Notes under the pieces: generated by a model
Database searches by the model: none
Seen by the model: only the letters and a program-made list of their open reading frames with translations
Told to the model about the DNA's origin: nothing
Source of the DNA: Macrostomum lignano
Lineage: Eukaryota
DNA length: 60,920 bases
Direction of reading: 5' to 3'
Assembly: GCA_002269645.1 (NCBI GenBank)
Contig: NIVC01000499.1
Location: forward strand, 1-60,920
Shown: positions 45,234-55,884 of the stretch, in pieces
How positions within the stretch are numbered: the first letter of the stretch is position 1
How the letters are laid out: every line of letters begins with the position of its first letter
Made by a program: the position numbers and the translations under genes

Positions 45234-48200
45234 CTATGGTGCTCTCTGGAAAGGAGAGTTCAGCCCTGCGGTTGCCCGAAGGTAGCGCATGAGCTGATTA
45301 AAGTTTTCGGGTTTGCACGCTTCAGTAATAGATGTGTGTGGCCCGAGGTAAGTGAGTCTGGCCCGCGTGAAGGAGGGACAGATGCTGACGAAATGCTCAG
45401 CGGTTTCGTCACCTGAGTTGCAGAAGCTACAGGTGGCGTTGGTGGCGTTGCCCTGCAGGTACTGGTGCCTGGAGAAGCAGCCGTGACCAGAGAGGGTCAT
45501 GGTGGCAGCCCGGATGTCTCTGCGCGAGAGGCGCAAGAGGAGCTTCCGGAGCTGGTGAGAGGGCTGAGGGACAGCGCCTCTGGATTGCCTGCAGTTCGTG
45601 CGGTTCGCCCAAGTCGAGCGGTGCTGAGTCCTGATCCACGCTTTGATGCGCGAGTCGATGACACAGCCAGGAATCGGGACAAGAGGTTCGGGGCCGAGAG
45701 AGGAGCCGGAGGCACCAACTTTTGCAAGGGTGTCAGCCAACTCATTTCCTCGGATCCCCACATGCCCCGGAACCCTCTTAAGGGTAATTTTGTTGGCGGA
45801 ACCCAACATGTTGAGGAGTTTGATACAGTCGAGGACTGTAGCAGAGTTGGTGCTGCAGCCACTGATGGCGTGCAAGGCAGCTTGGCTGTCCGAATGGAAA
45901 ATGATGTTCTTACCAGTAACGCCAGTGGCGAGAAGCTCTGCAGTGCAGGAGCTGATGGCCAGAACTTCATTTTGGAAAACACTGGAGTTGACCCCAGTGT
46001 ATTGAGCGTGGGTAGCGATGACCCTCCCGTTCAGAAAGATTCCAACACCAAAGCCGGTGTTGGCTGACTGCTTAGAACCGTCGGTGTAGCAATGAAGCTC
46101 ACCAGGGTTCCATTGGTCATTGATGTTATCGCGCGAGTCGATAGCTACGGAGTAGCGCTGTCTCAGGTTGAGCGTTGAGGCAATGCCATCGGTGAAGACG
46201 CGATTGGCCTGACACTCGTTGAGAAAGTTGAGGCACAGATCGCTATGGGACAAGGTTCCGCTTAGCAGGTGCTCTCATGTAAATGAATTTGACGCCGGCA
46301 TCAATTAGACGCCGCGTCGTTCTAGCCGCCTCACCCCTGATGAAGAGGTCAAGAGGCGGAAGATTAAGGAAGGCCCCCATGCCAGCAAAGGGCGTGGACC
46401 TGGTGGCGTTGCAGATGAGCCTACACGCTCTGCCTTGGATCGTGTTGAGCAGGTCTGCATGGCTTTTGACCTGGGTAGCGCTAACCCAGACAACAGAGGC
46501 GTACGTAATGGCAGGTCTAACTACGGAAGTATAGATCCACCAAGCCGCTTTGGGGATAGACCCCAAGAAGTGCCAAGTGCTCGTCGGAGCTGGGCCAGGA
46601 TGGCTGAGGCACGCTTGGCTTTTGCTTTCACGTGGGAGGACCAGTTGAGCCGGTGGTCAAGTATGACCCCGAGACATCTGGTCTGGTGCGCGAAGGCAAT
46701 ATCTCTGCCGTAGAGCTGCAGAGGACGTATGTTCCAGCGTAGTCTGCTGGTAAACATAATGGCAACGGTTTTGGGCTCAGAGAGTTCCAGACCATTGTCA
46801 TTGGCCCAGGATTCTGCTTTGCGGATAAAGCTCTGCATCAGATCCCTGAGCGTGCTGGGAGACGGTCCTGCCACAATGGCCGTGACGTCATCAGCATACC
46901 CGACTTTGAAGACGGGTCGGGTCGGGAGTCACTCAAAGAGCGTCCATGACCAGGTTCCAGAGCGTCGGGGTGAGGACTCCGCCTTGGGGTCCACCCTTAC
47001 AGACTCTGGTGGAGGCAGTTTGCCCAAGAAGTTGGGCAGTGACCGTACGGTTGGAGATCATGTACATGATCCACCGTATGAGGGTAGCATGAGCTTTGCG
47101 ATTTTGAAGGGCCCTCTGAAACGCTTCAAAGATAACGTTGTCGAAGGCGCCAACAATGTCAAGAAAGAGAGCCAGAGCGTAACCGTCACCCAGTACCGCC
47201 CTTTCAATCTTCTCGACAATCGCATGCAGGCGCTGTCAGTCGACCTCCCGGTACGGAAGGCGTGCTGATTATTGCTGAGGGGCATCGCTGTCAGCTCGCA
47301 GGACAGCAGCCGCCAGAGAATAAGCCTCTCAGTGAGCTTAAGCATTGCTGACGTTAAGCTAATAGGCCGGAAGGCCTTGACGCTTTGGTAGTCACCCTTC
47401 CCAGGTTTGGGAATAAAGACTACCCGAGCTTCAGTCCAGCATTTGGGAACGTATCCCAGCTGGATAGAGGCCCACATAAGATTGCGGGTGAGTCTCAGGA
47501 ACGAGGGTATCTTGGCTGCTTCACGAAGGAGAACAGGGTAGATACCATCAGGTCCAGGAGATTTGAAGGGTTTGAAGGTTCTGACCGCACGAGCGATTAG
47601 GTCTTCAGTGACAATGCCCGCCGCTAGGGTGGCTCCATCCATCGAATGGTTGGGCTCCGGTCTAGCAGTAGGTACCCTAGGGAAGAATGTGCTAAGCATA
47701 TGCTGAAGCACTTCTTCAGGGTCTTTAGTAAGAGAGCCATCATCTTTTTTGATCATGGCTAATTTGGACATTTTGTCCATTGTAAGGGCCTTGACAAGCC
47801 TAGAAGTAGGTCTGTCTTGATCCAATTCATTGCAGAATTGGCGCCACTTACATTCCTTGGCCTTGCGCACTTCAGATTTGAAATTGCGGGAGGCTTGCCG
47901 GAAAAGCTCCATGTCCTCCGGGTTTCCGGTCTTCATGGCACGGCGATGAAGGCTTTTGGCCTTCCGCCTGAGTTTCCCCAGCTCCGGGTTCCACCACGGC
48001 GCCGAGGTCTTGCCTTTGTAGGCGCGAGCAGGACAAGCCGCTTCGTAGGCTTCAATAATGCAACCTATCAGCGTCTCAGCCATATGATCCACATCCTCGC
48101 AGGTCTCAATCGGACGTAAGTCCGTGAGTTCCTGCAGGTGCAGATCAAGGGCAGCCTTGTAGGCCGCCCAATCAGTGTTGCGGATATTGCGTCTCCAAGT

Positions 48201-48913
48201 GATCGGAGACTGGGTTTTATTGTCCGCGATGTTAAAGGCGATAAAGCAGTGGTCAGACAGGGAGGGCTCCTCAGACCAGACTCTCCACTCCTCAACTCTG
48301 TCAAAGAGTCTTGGGGTAACGAGTGTGGCGTCGAGGACCTCAGTCCATCTGCCATTATTAAAGGTAGGAGTGCTGCCGCGGTTGCAGAGCATGAGGTTTG
48401 TGTTAGAGATGAGGGCCAGAAGCTCCTCTCCTCTAGTGTTGGTATCTTTGCTGCCCCAGTGCTTGTGGTGCGCGTTGAGGTCCCCCCTAAGCACAGCTCA
48501 GCGTTCTGGGACTCGCAGTACTGCGCGAGGCGCAGTAAACTCTCAGGAGCAGGGTCTCTGTCGCCTGGGATATAAACCGAGGCAACAAGACACGTACGCG
48601 GAGAGAAATGATTAGATTGGATGACGCAAAGGTCTCCATCAGAGAGATCAGTCCTCAGCCAAGCCTGGAGATGGCTAGCAGCGAGGATAGCCGCTCTAGG
48701 GCGACTGTTCCCCGGGCCACACACATAAAAATCAGAGTAGCCAGAGGGAATGTTGGGCAACTTACCGTTGCGCATCCAGGGTTCCTGGATCAGGATGAGG
48801 CCTGGCCTGTACAGCTCAGCAATCTTCATCAGATTTACTGACGCAGATACGCAATGCTGTAAATTAATTTGCAGACAGAATGTCGCTCCTTTGGCAGCGT
48901 GGAGCTTAGTCAT
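45234..48913 (-). CDS. LINE ORF2: AP endonuclease, RT, RNase H, C-terminal CCHC; broken by several 1-bp homopolymer losses
   Basis: LQINLQH, IQEPW, GDLNAHH, SDH (APE); KSPGPDGI, RPISL, GPQGGVL, YADD (RT); YTDGS, EVLAI, SDSQAAL, RVPGHVGIRGNELAD (RNase H); CSFC...EHFVSIC. Confidence 0.9.
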
Positions 48914-48952
48914 ACTGTATTAAATGCAATTTCTGGCTAGAGCCCAGGGCCA

Positions 48953-50515
48953 TCAAGGAGACTTGGACAACAGATCGTCCTCGTCCCAGGCCGCTGGGGC
49001 TTGACTGGGAGATGGGAGTTGGTCGACGTCCATGGCCTCCTCACCCCCACCGGCCCCCCCAGCAGAGTCCTCAGGCTCCGATGACAGGATGGAGGAAGCT
49101 TCCTCACCTGCATCTTTACCTTCAGACCCCACCAGGGTGGCCGAGGAGAGCTCGGATTCCGAAGACCCGGCCTCGTCCTCAACTCCTTCTCCGACTGGCA
49201 GGTTTGGTTCCCGGGGCTCGGCCGGAGCCGTTACCGCGGTCGCCGAACTGCTGCTAGCAGAGGGGCGAGACGCAGCTTTGGCTTTGGGATCGGCTTGCGC
49301 CTTTCCTTGGGCCTTAGACTGCGCCCCGCTCTTGCCGGAGATGCCGGGGTTGGCAGAAGCCTTCCCTTTGGCAGACTTTCCTCGGCGCATCTTGAGCTTG
49401 AGGGCACCCAACTGGAAAGAGGATCCATTAGGGTACCGACTCGCCCAAGTGCTGGAAAGGCCGAGGACAATTGAGTTGCCCGTCTCCCCCCTGCGGACTT
49501 TGCGGTGATACACCAGTCCATTAGCAGGGAGGTCGGGGTTCAGACGCAGTAGGACCCGGCGAATAACGTCTGGTCCAGCTGCGGTGCTCTTAGCAGGGAC
49601 GAAAACCACATAGGGTATCGTCTTTGGACGCTGGCCCTCGCGAAGAAAAAGAGCTCCGCCAAGGTCAGCATCCAAGGAGACCGTTGGTAGCCGCTGGAGC
49701 AGCTGCCGAGCGTCCTCCTCGCTGCTAGGAGCAATAAGAACGAATGTGCTTCGCAGCACCATCCGCTCAATGCCGATGGAGATTCCCTCCTCGACAGTCA
49801 GCTCAATCAGATAGGAGTCAACAGCACTCCACACTTTTTGAAGCTGATCAGTGGTCCAGTCCTGGTCGCGACCTTGGATGATCACTCCCGGGATTTTGGC
49901 CTTGGCCTTCGCCGCAAAGGTAGCTCCCGAAGGAACCTCCTTGTTGGCAGTGGCCATTTGTTGCGCCGTGGTTTCGGCCTCAGCAGCCGCAGCAGCATCT
50001 CCAGGGAGCGCCGCCGCTGAACTTCCGGAGCTTCCACCGGCCGGCCCGTCTGGTTGCCTTGGGACGCCAGTCGCTTCAGCATCCATGGTGGACGCCGCCG
50101 CTTTGGCCCCCGCAGCTCCCTTCTTGGTCTGCCTTTTGGCGCGTTGTTTAGCGCGTTTGCGCTCAAGCCGAGCCCGCTGAGCTTCGTCGGATCTGCCAGA
50201 TTTGGCCGGTCCTTTAGGCTCAGAGCTCGCGGTTCCCTTAGATCCACCAGCGGAGCTGGCAGGTCTTTGGGTATTTTGAGTTTGGTAGCTCTGGTCGGAT
50301 CTGCATGCAGAGCCAGCCGGTCCTTCCTTTGCCACAGTTGAATCAGTCGGTTGGGATCTGCCAGCAGGGCCGGCCGGTCCTTCGGACTGAGGTTGGGGTT
50401 TAGAAGGGTCCCCGTCCCTAGAAATAGCTTGTTTATCCATAGACGGCTCGAAGGCCATGATAGAAGGTTGGTGGGCTACCCTCAAAGGGGCGCGGTACCC
50501 ACCCGGCCGCTCCAC
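48953..50515 (-). CDS. LINE ORF1 (520 aa; gag-like, low-complexity termini)
   Basis: Position upstream of ORF2; a central folded-looking region (TIPYVVFVP...LLRLNPDL...SIVLGL...SFQLG) as in LOA-type ORF1 (recognised by eye). Confidence 0.75.
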   Translation of the reverse strand: MERPGGYRAPLRVAHQPSIMAFEPSMDKQAISRDGDPSKPQPQSEGPAGPAGRSQPTDSTVAKEGPAGSACRSDQSYQTQNTQRPASSAGGSKGTASSEPKGPAKSGRSDEAQRARLERKRAKQRAKRQTKKGAAGAKAAASTMDAEATGVPRQPDGPAGGSSGSSAAALPGDAAAAAEAETTAQQMATANKEVPSGATFAAKAKAKIPGVIIQGRDQDWTTDQLQKVWSAVDSYLIELTVEEGISIGIERMVLRSTFVLIAPSSEEDARQLLQRLPTVSLDADLGGALFLREGQRPKTIPYVVFVPAKSTAAGPDVIRRVLLRLNPDLPANGLVYHRKVRRGETGNSIVLGLSSTWASRYPNGSSFQLGALKLKMRRGKSAKGKASANPGISGKSGAQSKAQGKAQADPKAKAASRPSASSSSATAVTAPAEPREPNLPVGEGVEDEAGSSESELSSATLVGSEGKDAGEEASSILSSEPEDSAGGAGGGEEAMDVDQLPSPSQAPAAWDEDDLLSKSP

Positions 50516-50926
50516 CTGACCGGGCAGTAGGCCAATAGCACCCTCAAGGCTGGCCCGACACCAGGAGGGGGACCGCTTGCGACCGGACTACTCCCCGGCC
50601 TTCCAGCCCATCGGCACGGTCAACACCTTAGGCATTAGAGAGTACGTTGAGCAGTACCACGGCCTGCAGGTTGGCGAGCCAGACCCGCATACCCAAATTC
50701 GGCCGAAGCCACTGGATAGGGTCGCCAGCGCCGGAGCCCAGTCTGTCCAGCAGCCCTAGGGACTGCCTTGAACACACGCGGGGACGAGTACCCTGGGTCG
50801 ACTTGCGAGACAGCGTGGGGGGGTCTGCGGCTGCCAGAGGCAAATAGAGGGTGCAGACCTCCCACCAGCCTTGACCTGCTGAAGATAGGGGCAGGCGTGA
50901 AGCATCGCAGACCTTAGCCCATGGGC

Positions 50927-51991
50927 CTAGTCTGTCTCATACTTCACTGGCATGCTGAATACGCCTTCGCGTGCAGCACCAGCAGCACTCCTCCCAGCAA
51001 CAGAAGCAGCACCCCTCAAAGCAACACCAGCAACACCAGCAACACCAGCAGCACTCCTCCCAGCAACACCAGCAGCACCCCTCAAAGCAACACCAGCAGC
51101 ACCAGCAGCACTCCTCCCAGCAACAGAAGCAGAACCCCTCAAAGCAACACCAGCAACACCAGCAACATTCCTCCCAGCAACACCAGCAGCACCCCTCAAA
51201 GCAACACCAGCAGCACCAGCAGCACTCCTCCCAGCAACACCAGCAGCACTCCTCCCAGCAACACCGGCAGCACTCCTCCCAGCAACAGAAGCAGCACTCC
51301 TCCCAGCAACACCGGCAGCACTCCTCCCAGCAACAGAAACAGCACCCCTCAAAGCAACACCAGCAACACCAGCAACACCAGCAACACCAGCAACACCAGC
51401 AGCACTCCTCCCAGCAACAGAAACAGCACCCCTCAAAGCAACACCAGCAGCACCAGCAGCACTCCTCCCAGCAACAGAAACAGCACCCCTCAAAGCAACA
51501 CCAGCAGCACCAGCAGCATTCCTCCCAGCAACAGAAACAGCACCCCTCAAAGCAACACCAGCAGCACCAGCAGCATTCCTCCCAGCAACAGAAGCAGCAC
51601 CCCTCAAAGCAACACCAGCAGCACCCCTCAAAGCAACACCAGCAGCACCAGCAGCACTCCTACCAGCAACAAAAGAAGGTTTCCTCCTATCATTTGGAAT
51701 AGAAAATTTGTTACTAGATTTATTCGGTGTAGTTGACTTACCTCCAACGATCTTCCTTTGGTAGAATAGCCATACAATTCGACGATTTTCTAAACTATTT
51801 TTTGCTGAGATTTTTGCAAGTATTTGCCCGCAAGCACCATCTGGGCAGCGAAAGGACTTTCTAAGACTTTCGTCACTGTACTCTTGAAACAAATTTTTGG
51901 ACAAATCCAGAAACGATATGCGCCGATTGTGCGTTCCGTCACAAAGCAACACAAGAGCAGCCAGTAGGCAAATGCGAATGAAGAGACTCAT
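50927..51991 (-). CDS. Putative cargo ORF (354 aa): signal-peptide-like N-terminus, ~105 unique aa, then Ala/Gly/Val-rich repeats
   Basis: MSLFIRICLLAALVLLCDG-; the non-repetitive AT-rich part stays open for ~107 codons. The repeat region 50975-51670 is open in several frames, so coding status is uncertain. Confidence 0.4.
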   Translation of the reverse strand: MSLFIRICLLAALVLLCDGTHNRRISFLDLSKNLFQEYSDESLRKSFRCPDGACGQILAKISAKNSLENRRIVWLFYQRKIVGGKSTTPNKSSNKFSIPNDRRKPSFVAGRSAAGAAGVALRGAAGVALRGAASVAGRNAAGAAGVALRGAVSVAGRNAAGAAGVALRGAVSVAGRSAAGAAGVALRGAVSVAGRSAAGVAGVAGVAGVAGVALRGAVSVAGRSAAGVAGRSAASVAGRSAAGVAGRSAAGVAGRSAAGAAGVALRGAAGVAGRNVAGVAGVALRGSASVAGRSAAGAAGVALRGAAGVAGRSAAGVAGVAGVALRGAASVAGRSAAGAAREGVFSMPVKYETD

Positions 51992-52511
51992 GATTTGAAA
52001 GACAAGACAGAAAGCTATGATGGCGAGTTTAAGTTGGACAACAATGAAAGTAGCTGCATATATGGAGTGAGCAATGGGGAATCGTCGTCCATGGAATTAA
52101 GCAGAAGCATCCTTATTGGACGATCCATTCAATCGGGCAGATCTAAGCGTAAAGCTCTTTCATACCATGAGACTAACCACATAAGAATTGGGGGCTTACA
52201 GACGGGGTTTAGTGCGGCGAACAGGGACTAAGAGGGAATAAAAACAGACAGAAGACGGAACAGAGGACATTGACAGCATCGGACGAAAGATAAAAGTATT
52301 ACAATAAAAGACGCCGAAAACGTCTGACAAAAGGCACATCAAACAAAATAAACAAAAGCGACAACTTCGTACAAAGACCTTATTATCTATTTGTACCACA
52401 AGTAATTTCAAGCATTTAACAATTGAAGTCGCAAATGGCAGTGCCGCAACAGAAGCAACACACAGCGCCCTGCCGTCTGAAAGGGGATAATGGACTGAGA
52501 GGGGCATTCAA

Positions 52512-53668
52512 GAGTCTGTAAGTTCGAGTAGGGAACAGATGGAGCCTTGGCGTCTTGTAGGCTTCTAGATTGATAATGTTTCCTTCCAGATCTCAGTTTT
52601 CAGCTTCGTACTCACAATGGTTCCTGCCGAAGTACACTAAAGTACTTTATGCAGCTGAGTGTACTGAGCAGGGGGGACTTGGGAGTCTGTAAGTTCGAGT
52701 AGGGAACAGATGGAGCCTTGGCGTCTTGTAGGCTTCTAGATTGATAATGTTTCCTTCCAGATCTCAGTTTTCAGCTTCGTACTCACAATGGTTCCTGCCG
52801 AAGTACACTAAAGTACTTTATGCAGCTGAGTGTACTGAGCAGGGGGACTTGGGAGTCTGTAAGTTCGAGTAGGGAACAGATGGAGCCTTGGCGTCTTGTA
52901 GGCTTCTAGATTGATAATGTTTCCTTCCAGATCTCAGTTTTCAGCTTCGTACTCACAATGGTTCCTGCCGAAGTACACTAAAGTACTTTATGCAGCTGAG
53001 TGTACTGAGCAGGGGGGACTTGGGAGTCTGTAAGTTCGAGTAGGGAACAGATGGAGCCTTGGCGTCTTGTAGGCTTCTAGATTGATAATGTTTCCTTCCA
53101 GATCTCAGTTTTCAGCTTCGTACTCACAATGGTTCCTTCCGAAGTACACTAAAGTACTTTTTGCATATTAATGTACAGAGCAGGGGGGACTTTGGAGTCT
53201 GTAAGTTCGAGTAGGGAACAGATGGAGCCTTGGAGTCTTGTAGGCTTTTAGATTGATAATGTTTCCTTCCAGATCTCAGTTTTCAGCTTCGTACTCACAA
53301 TGGTTCCTGCCGAAGTACACTAAAGTACTTTATGCAGCTGAGTGTACTGAGCAGGGGGGACTTGGGAGTCTGTAAGTTCGAGTAGGGAACAGATGGAGCC
53401 TTGGCGTCTTGTAGGCTTCTAGATTGATAATGTTTCCTTCCAGATCTCAGTTTTCAGCTTCGTACTCACAATGGGTCCTGCCGAAGTACACTAAAGTACT
53501 TTCTGCAGCTGAGTGTACTGAGCAGGGGGGACTTGGGAGTCTGTAAGTTCGAGTAGGGAACAGATGGAGCCTTGGCGTCTTGTAGGCTTCTAGATTGATA
53601 ATGTTTCCTTCCAGATCTCAGTTTTCAGCTTCGTACTCACAATGGTTCCTGCCGAAGTACACTAAAGT
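52512..53668 (-). repeat. Same 171-bp satellite inverted, about 7 units (right arm)
   Basis: Reverse complement of the left-arm unit. Confidence 0.97.
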
Positions 53669-55884
53669 AATTTTTGTGTAAAAATTTACAAGAATTGAAC
53701 ATATTACATGTACAGTTTTTTGGTATATTTATATTGTATCTATGGCATCACCAACAATTGTTGATAGGTTTTTTAGTTATATATATATTTGTTTTAAGGT
53801 TTTTTTAGCTAGAATGTTCAATTTCCGTGTTTTACTTTTAGTTTTTAAATAGGCATTTTAATAGGCATTAAGTTATGCTGTAATGTAATTTGCTGAAACG
53901 AAATATGTTGAACGTTGCATGGTAACACTTGTAATAATTGCTAGAGTTGATTTTTTACTATTTTAGACATTTTTCTAGGTTATTTTTCGTTTTTTACTTG
54001 TATTTTGTATTTTATTTTTTGGTACTGGTTCTGGTACTGGTTCTGGTACTGGGAGTATAGACGTGCGGAGATAGGAAATTTTCATTTTTTCAGCACAAAA
54101 ATTGCTATAACTTTTGATAGGAGGCAGATCCAGTGTTGATCTTTTGATATGTTGTGCCTTTTTTATTGCTATATCGATATTTATAAAGCTTTTCGTTCAG
54201 AAAATTAGGATTCTATGTTAATTTTTTATTCTACGTATATTTTTATGTGTCTTGTGCTTGAAATACATTAGAATGCCACGGCTTGGCTCTTTGATTTTAT
54301 GAGTCTATTTTATCCTTCTTACCTGACTGTATAGCAAATAGTCGTAACATAGATGATAAAATAGATTCATAAAACCAAATATTAGAGCTGTGTCATGCAT
54401 TTTTGTGATTTTTAGAAACAGGAAATATACGCAGAATAAAAAATTAACATAGAATCCTAATTTTCTGAACGAAAAGCTTTATAAATATCGATAGAGCAAT
54501 AAAAAAGGCACAACATATCAAAAGATCAACACTGGATCTGCCTCCTATCAAAAGTTATAGCAATTTTTGTGCTGAAAAAATGAAAATTTCCTATCTCCGC
54601 AGTGTATTTTTTCGGGAAAAAGTGCCTTCAAAAATTTTCTAAGAAACGAGGTTTCCCGTTCTTCTACTTAAGTCGTCCTTGCATTTTTTACTTTTAACAC
54701 TACCCAATAATCGATATTAAAACATTCACAGTTCCCCCACACTCTATTTTTGTTTGCTGTTCGGAAAAAAATTCAGAACTAAATCACTTTTTCGAATATT
54801 GCAAGCTAATTTATGAATGCTTTTTTCAACTTGTCGACATTCGAAGTCAATGATTGGTTCTCTAACCTGTTTCTGATATTCTGGGTGATACTATACTATA
54901 TAATATATATAGGCCTAACCTATAACCTGCCTGACTAACCACTAACCAGTATATCCTGCATAGCCATAGCCCATAGCATAGGTGTGAGTTTGCTATAAGG
55001 GTAAAGCTATAGATAGCGAATAGGAATCATAAAATTGCCAGCTAGCATTATAGACTTAGTAAAAAATTTTTATAGGCAAGAACCAGCTATGTAATAAAGT
55101 GGTTATATACATTTGTTTGTTTCTTGTTTATATAATATAATACTTTTATTTAAAGCTTTGATAAAATAATTGATAGGTAGTTTTTTCAGGTGCTCTTGTA
55201 GTAATTATTTTTTTTCATTAAAAGTAAGCTGGCTCAAACATTGACAAATTAAATATTTCAGAATTAAAAAAGTTACCTTGTTGTGTATAATATACTATAG
55301 AATCGTTACTCTGATAGCATTAGGCCCTAATTAGTTCCGAATCATTTATGGATAGGATATGATAAAATAGATTATTATTTAACCTTATATCTAGAAATAA
55401 TCTGGGCCTTGTGACCCTTTAGTTAAATATATAATTATGCCTAAATACCAACACTTTTCTATAGAGGTTGATATAAAATTTAGGCAGTATGAGAAAATGC
55501 TAAATTTGTTGTAAGTAACATTGGCATTGAAAGCACAAAACTTGATTGCCAATTTTAAAATCTATGATGTATTAATATTTAGCAACTTTAGATAAAAGTG
55601 AAAGACCAATTTCATTGTTTATTAAAGTTTATTATAGCTTATTCTGCACTTAATGCATGTATATCTAAATCTTAATTTTTTATTATATTTTATAGTTATA
55701 GAGAAACATTATGGTCTTAGTGCAATGAAAACATTGCAAAATTTTATGCAGCATCTGTAACTTTGGTTTTCAAACTATCAAAATTTGAATCTAATTCTTA
55801 TATCTTGAGTGTAGATACTTTTTTAGATATTTGCTTTTTTCTATTTGTTTTACTATCTACTCTACTTTCAGCAGTGTGCTACGA

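Larger units (their letters stand above)
45151..50914 (-). mobile_element. Near full-length LOA/R1-type non-LTR retrotransposon
   Basis: ORF1 plus ORF2 (APE, RT, RNase H, CCHC). The candidate 8-bp TSD TAGCCCAT lies at 45143-45150 and 50915-50922. No clear poly(A) tail, so the boundaries are provisional. Confidence 0.88.
38796..54063. mobile_element. 15.3-kb foldback/MULE-like element with satellite-containing inverted arms
   Basis: 10-bp TSD TGCGGAGATA (38786-38795, 54064-54073); the empty site is preserved in the other TIR of the host MITE. Arms comprise 395-bp unique segments (38796-39190, 53669-54063) plus inverted 171-bp arrays. No transposase was found. Confidence 0.9.
38706..54681. mobile_element. 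P-like MITE (~700 bp net, ~265-bp TIRs) split by the foldback element
   Basis: Termini CAAGGACGACTTAAG / CTTAAGTCGTCCTTG; 8-bp TSD CATTTTTT (38698-38705, 54682-54689). The left TIR is 38706-38795 plus 54074-~54245; the right TIR is ~54420-54681. Confidence 0.88.

Noticed and set aside
50921-51764. Plus-strand mucin-like, Gln/His-rich and Ala/Thr/Pro ORFs over the core repeat
   Set aside because: All frames are open because the repeat lacks stops. The minus-strand ORF has the longer unique extension, though the plus frame cannot be fully excluded.
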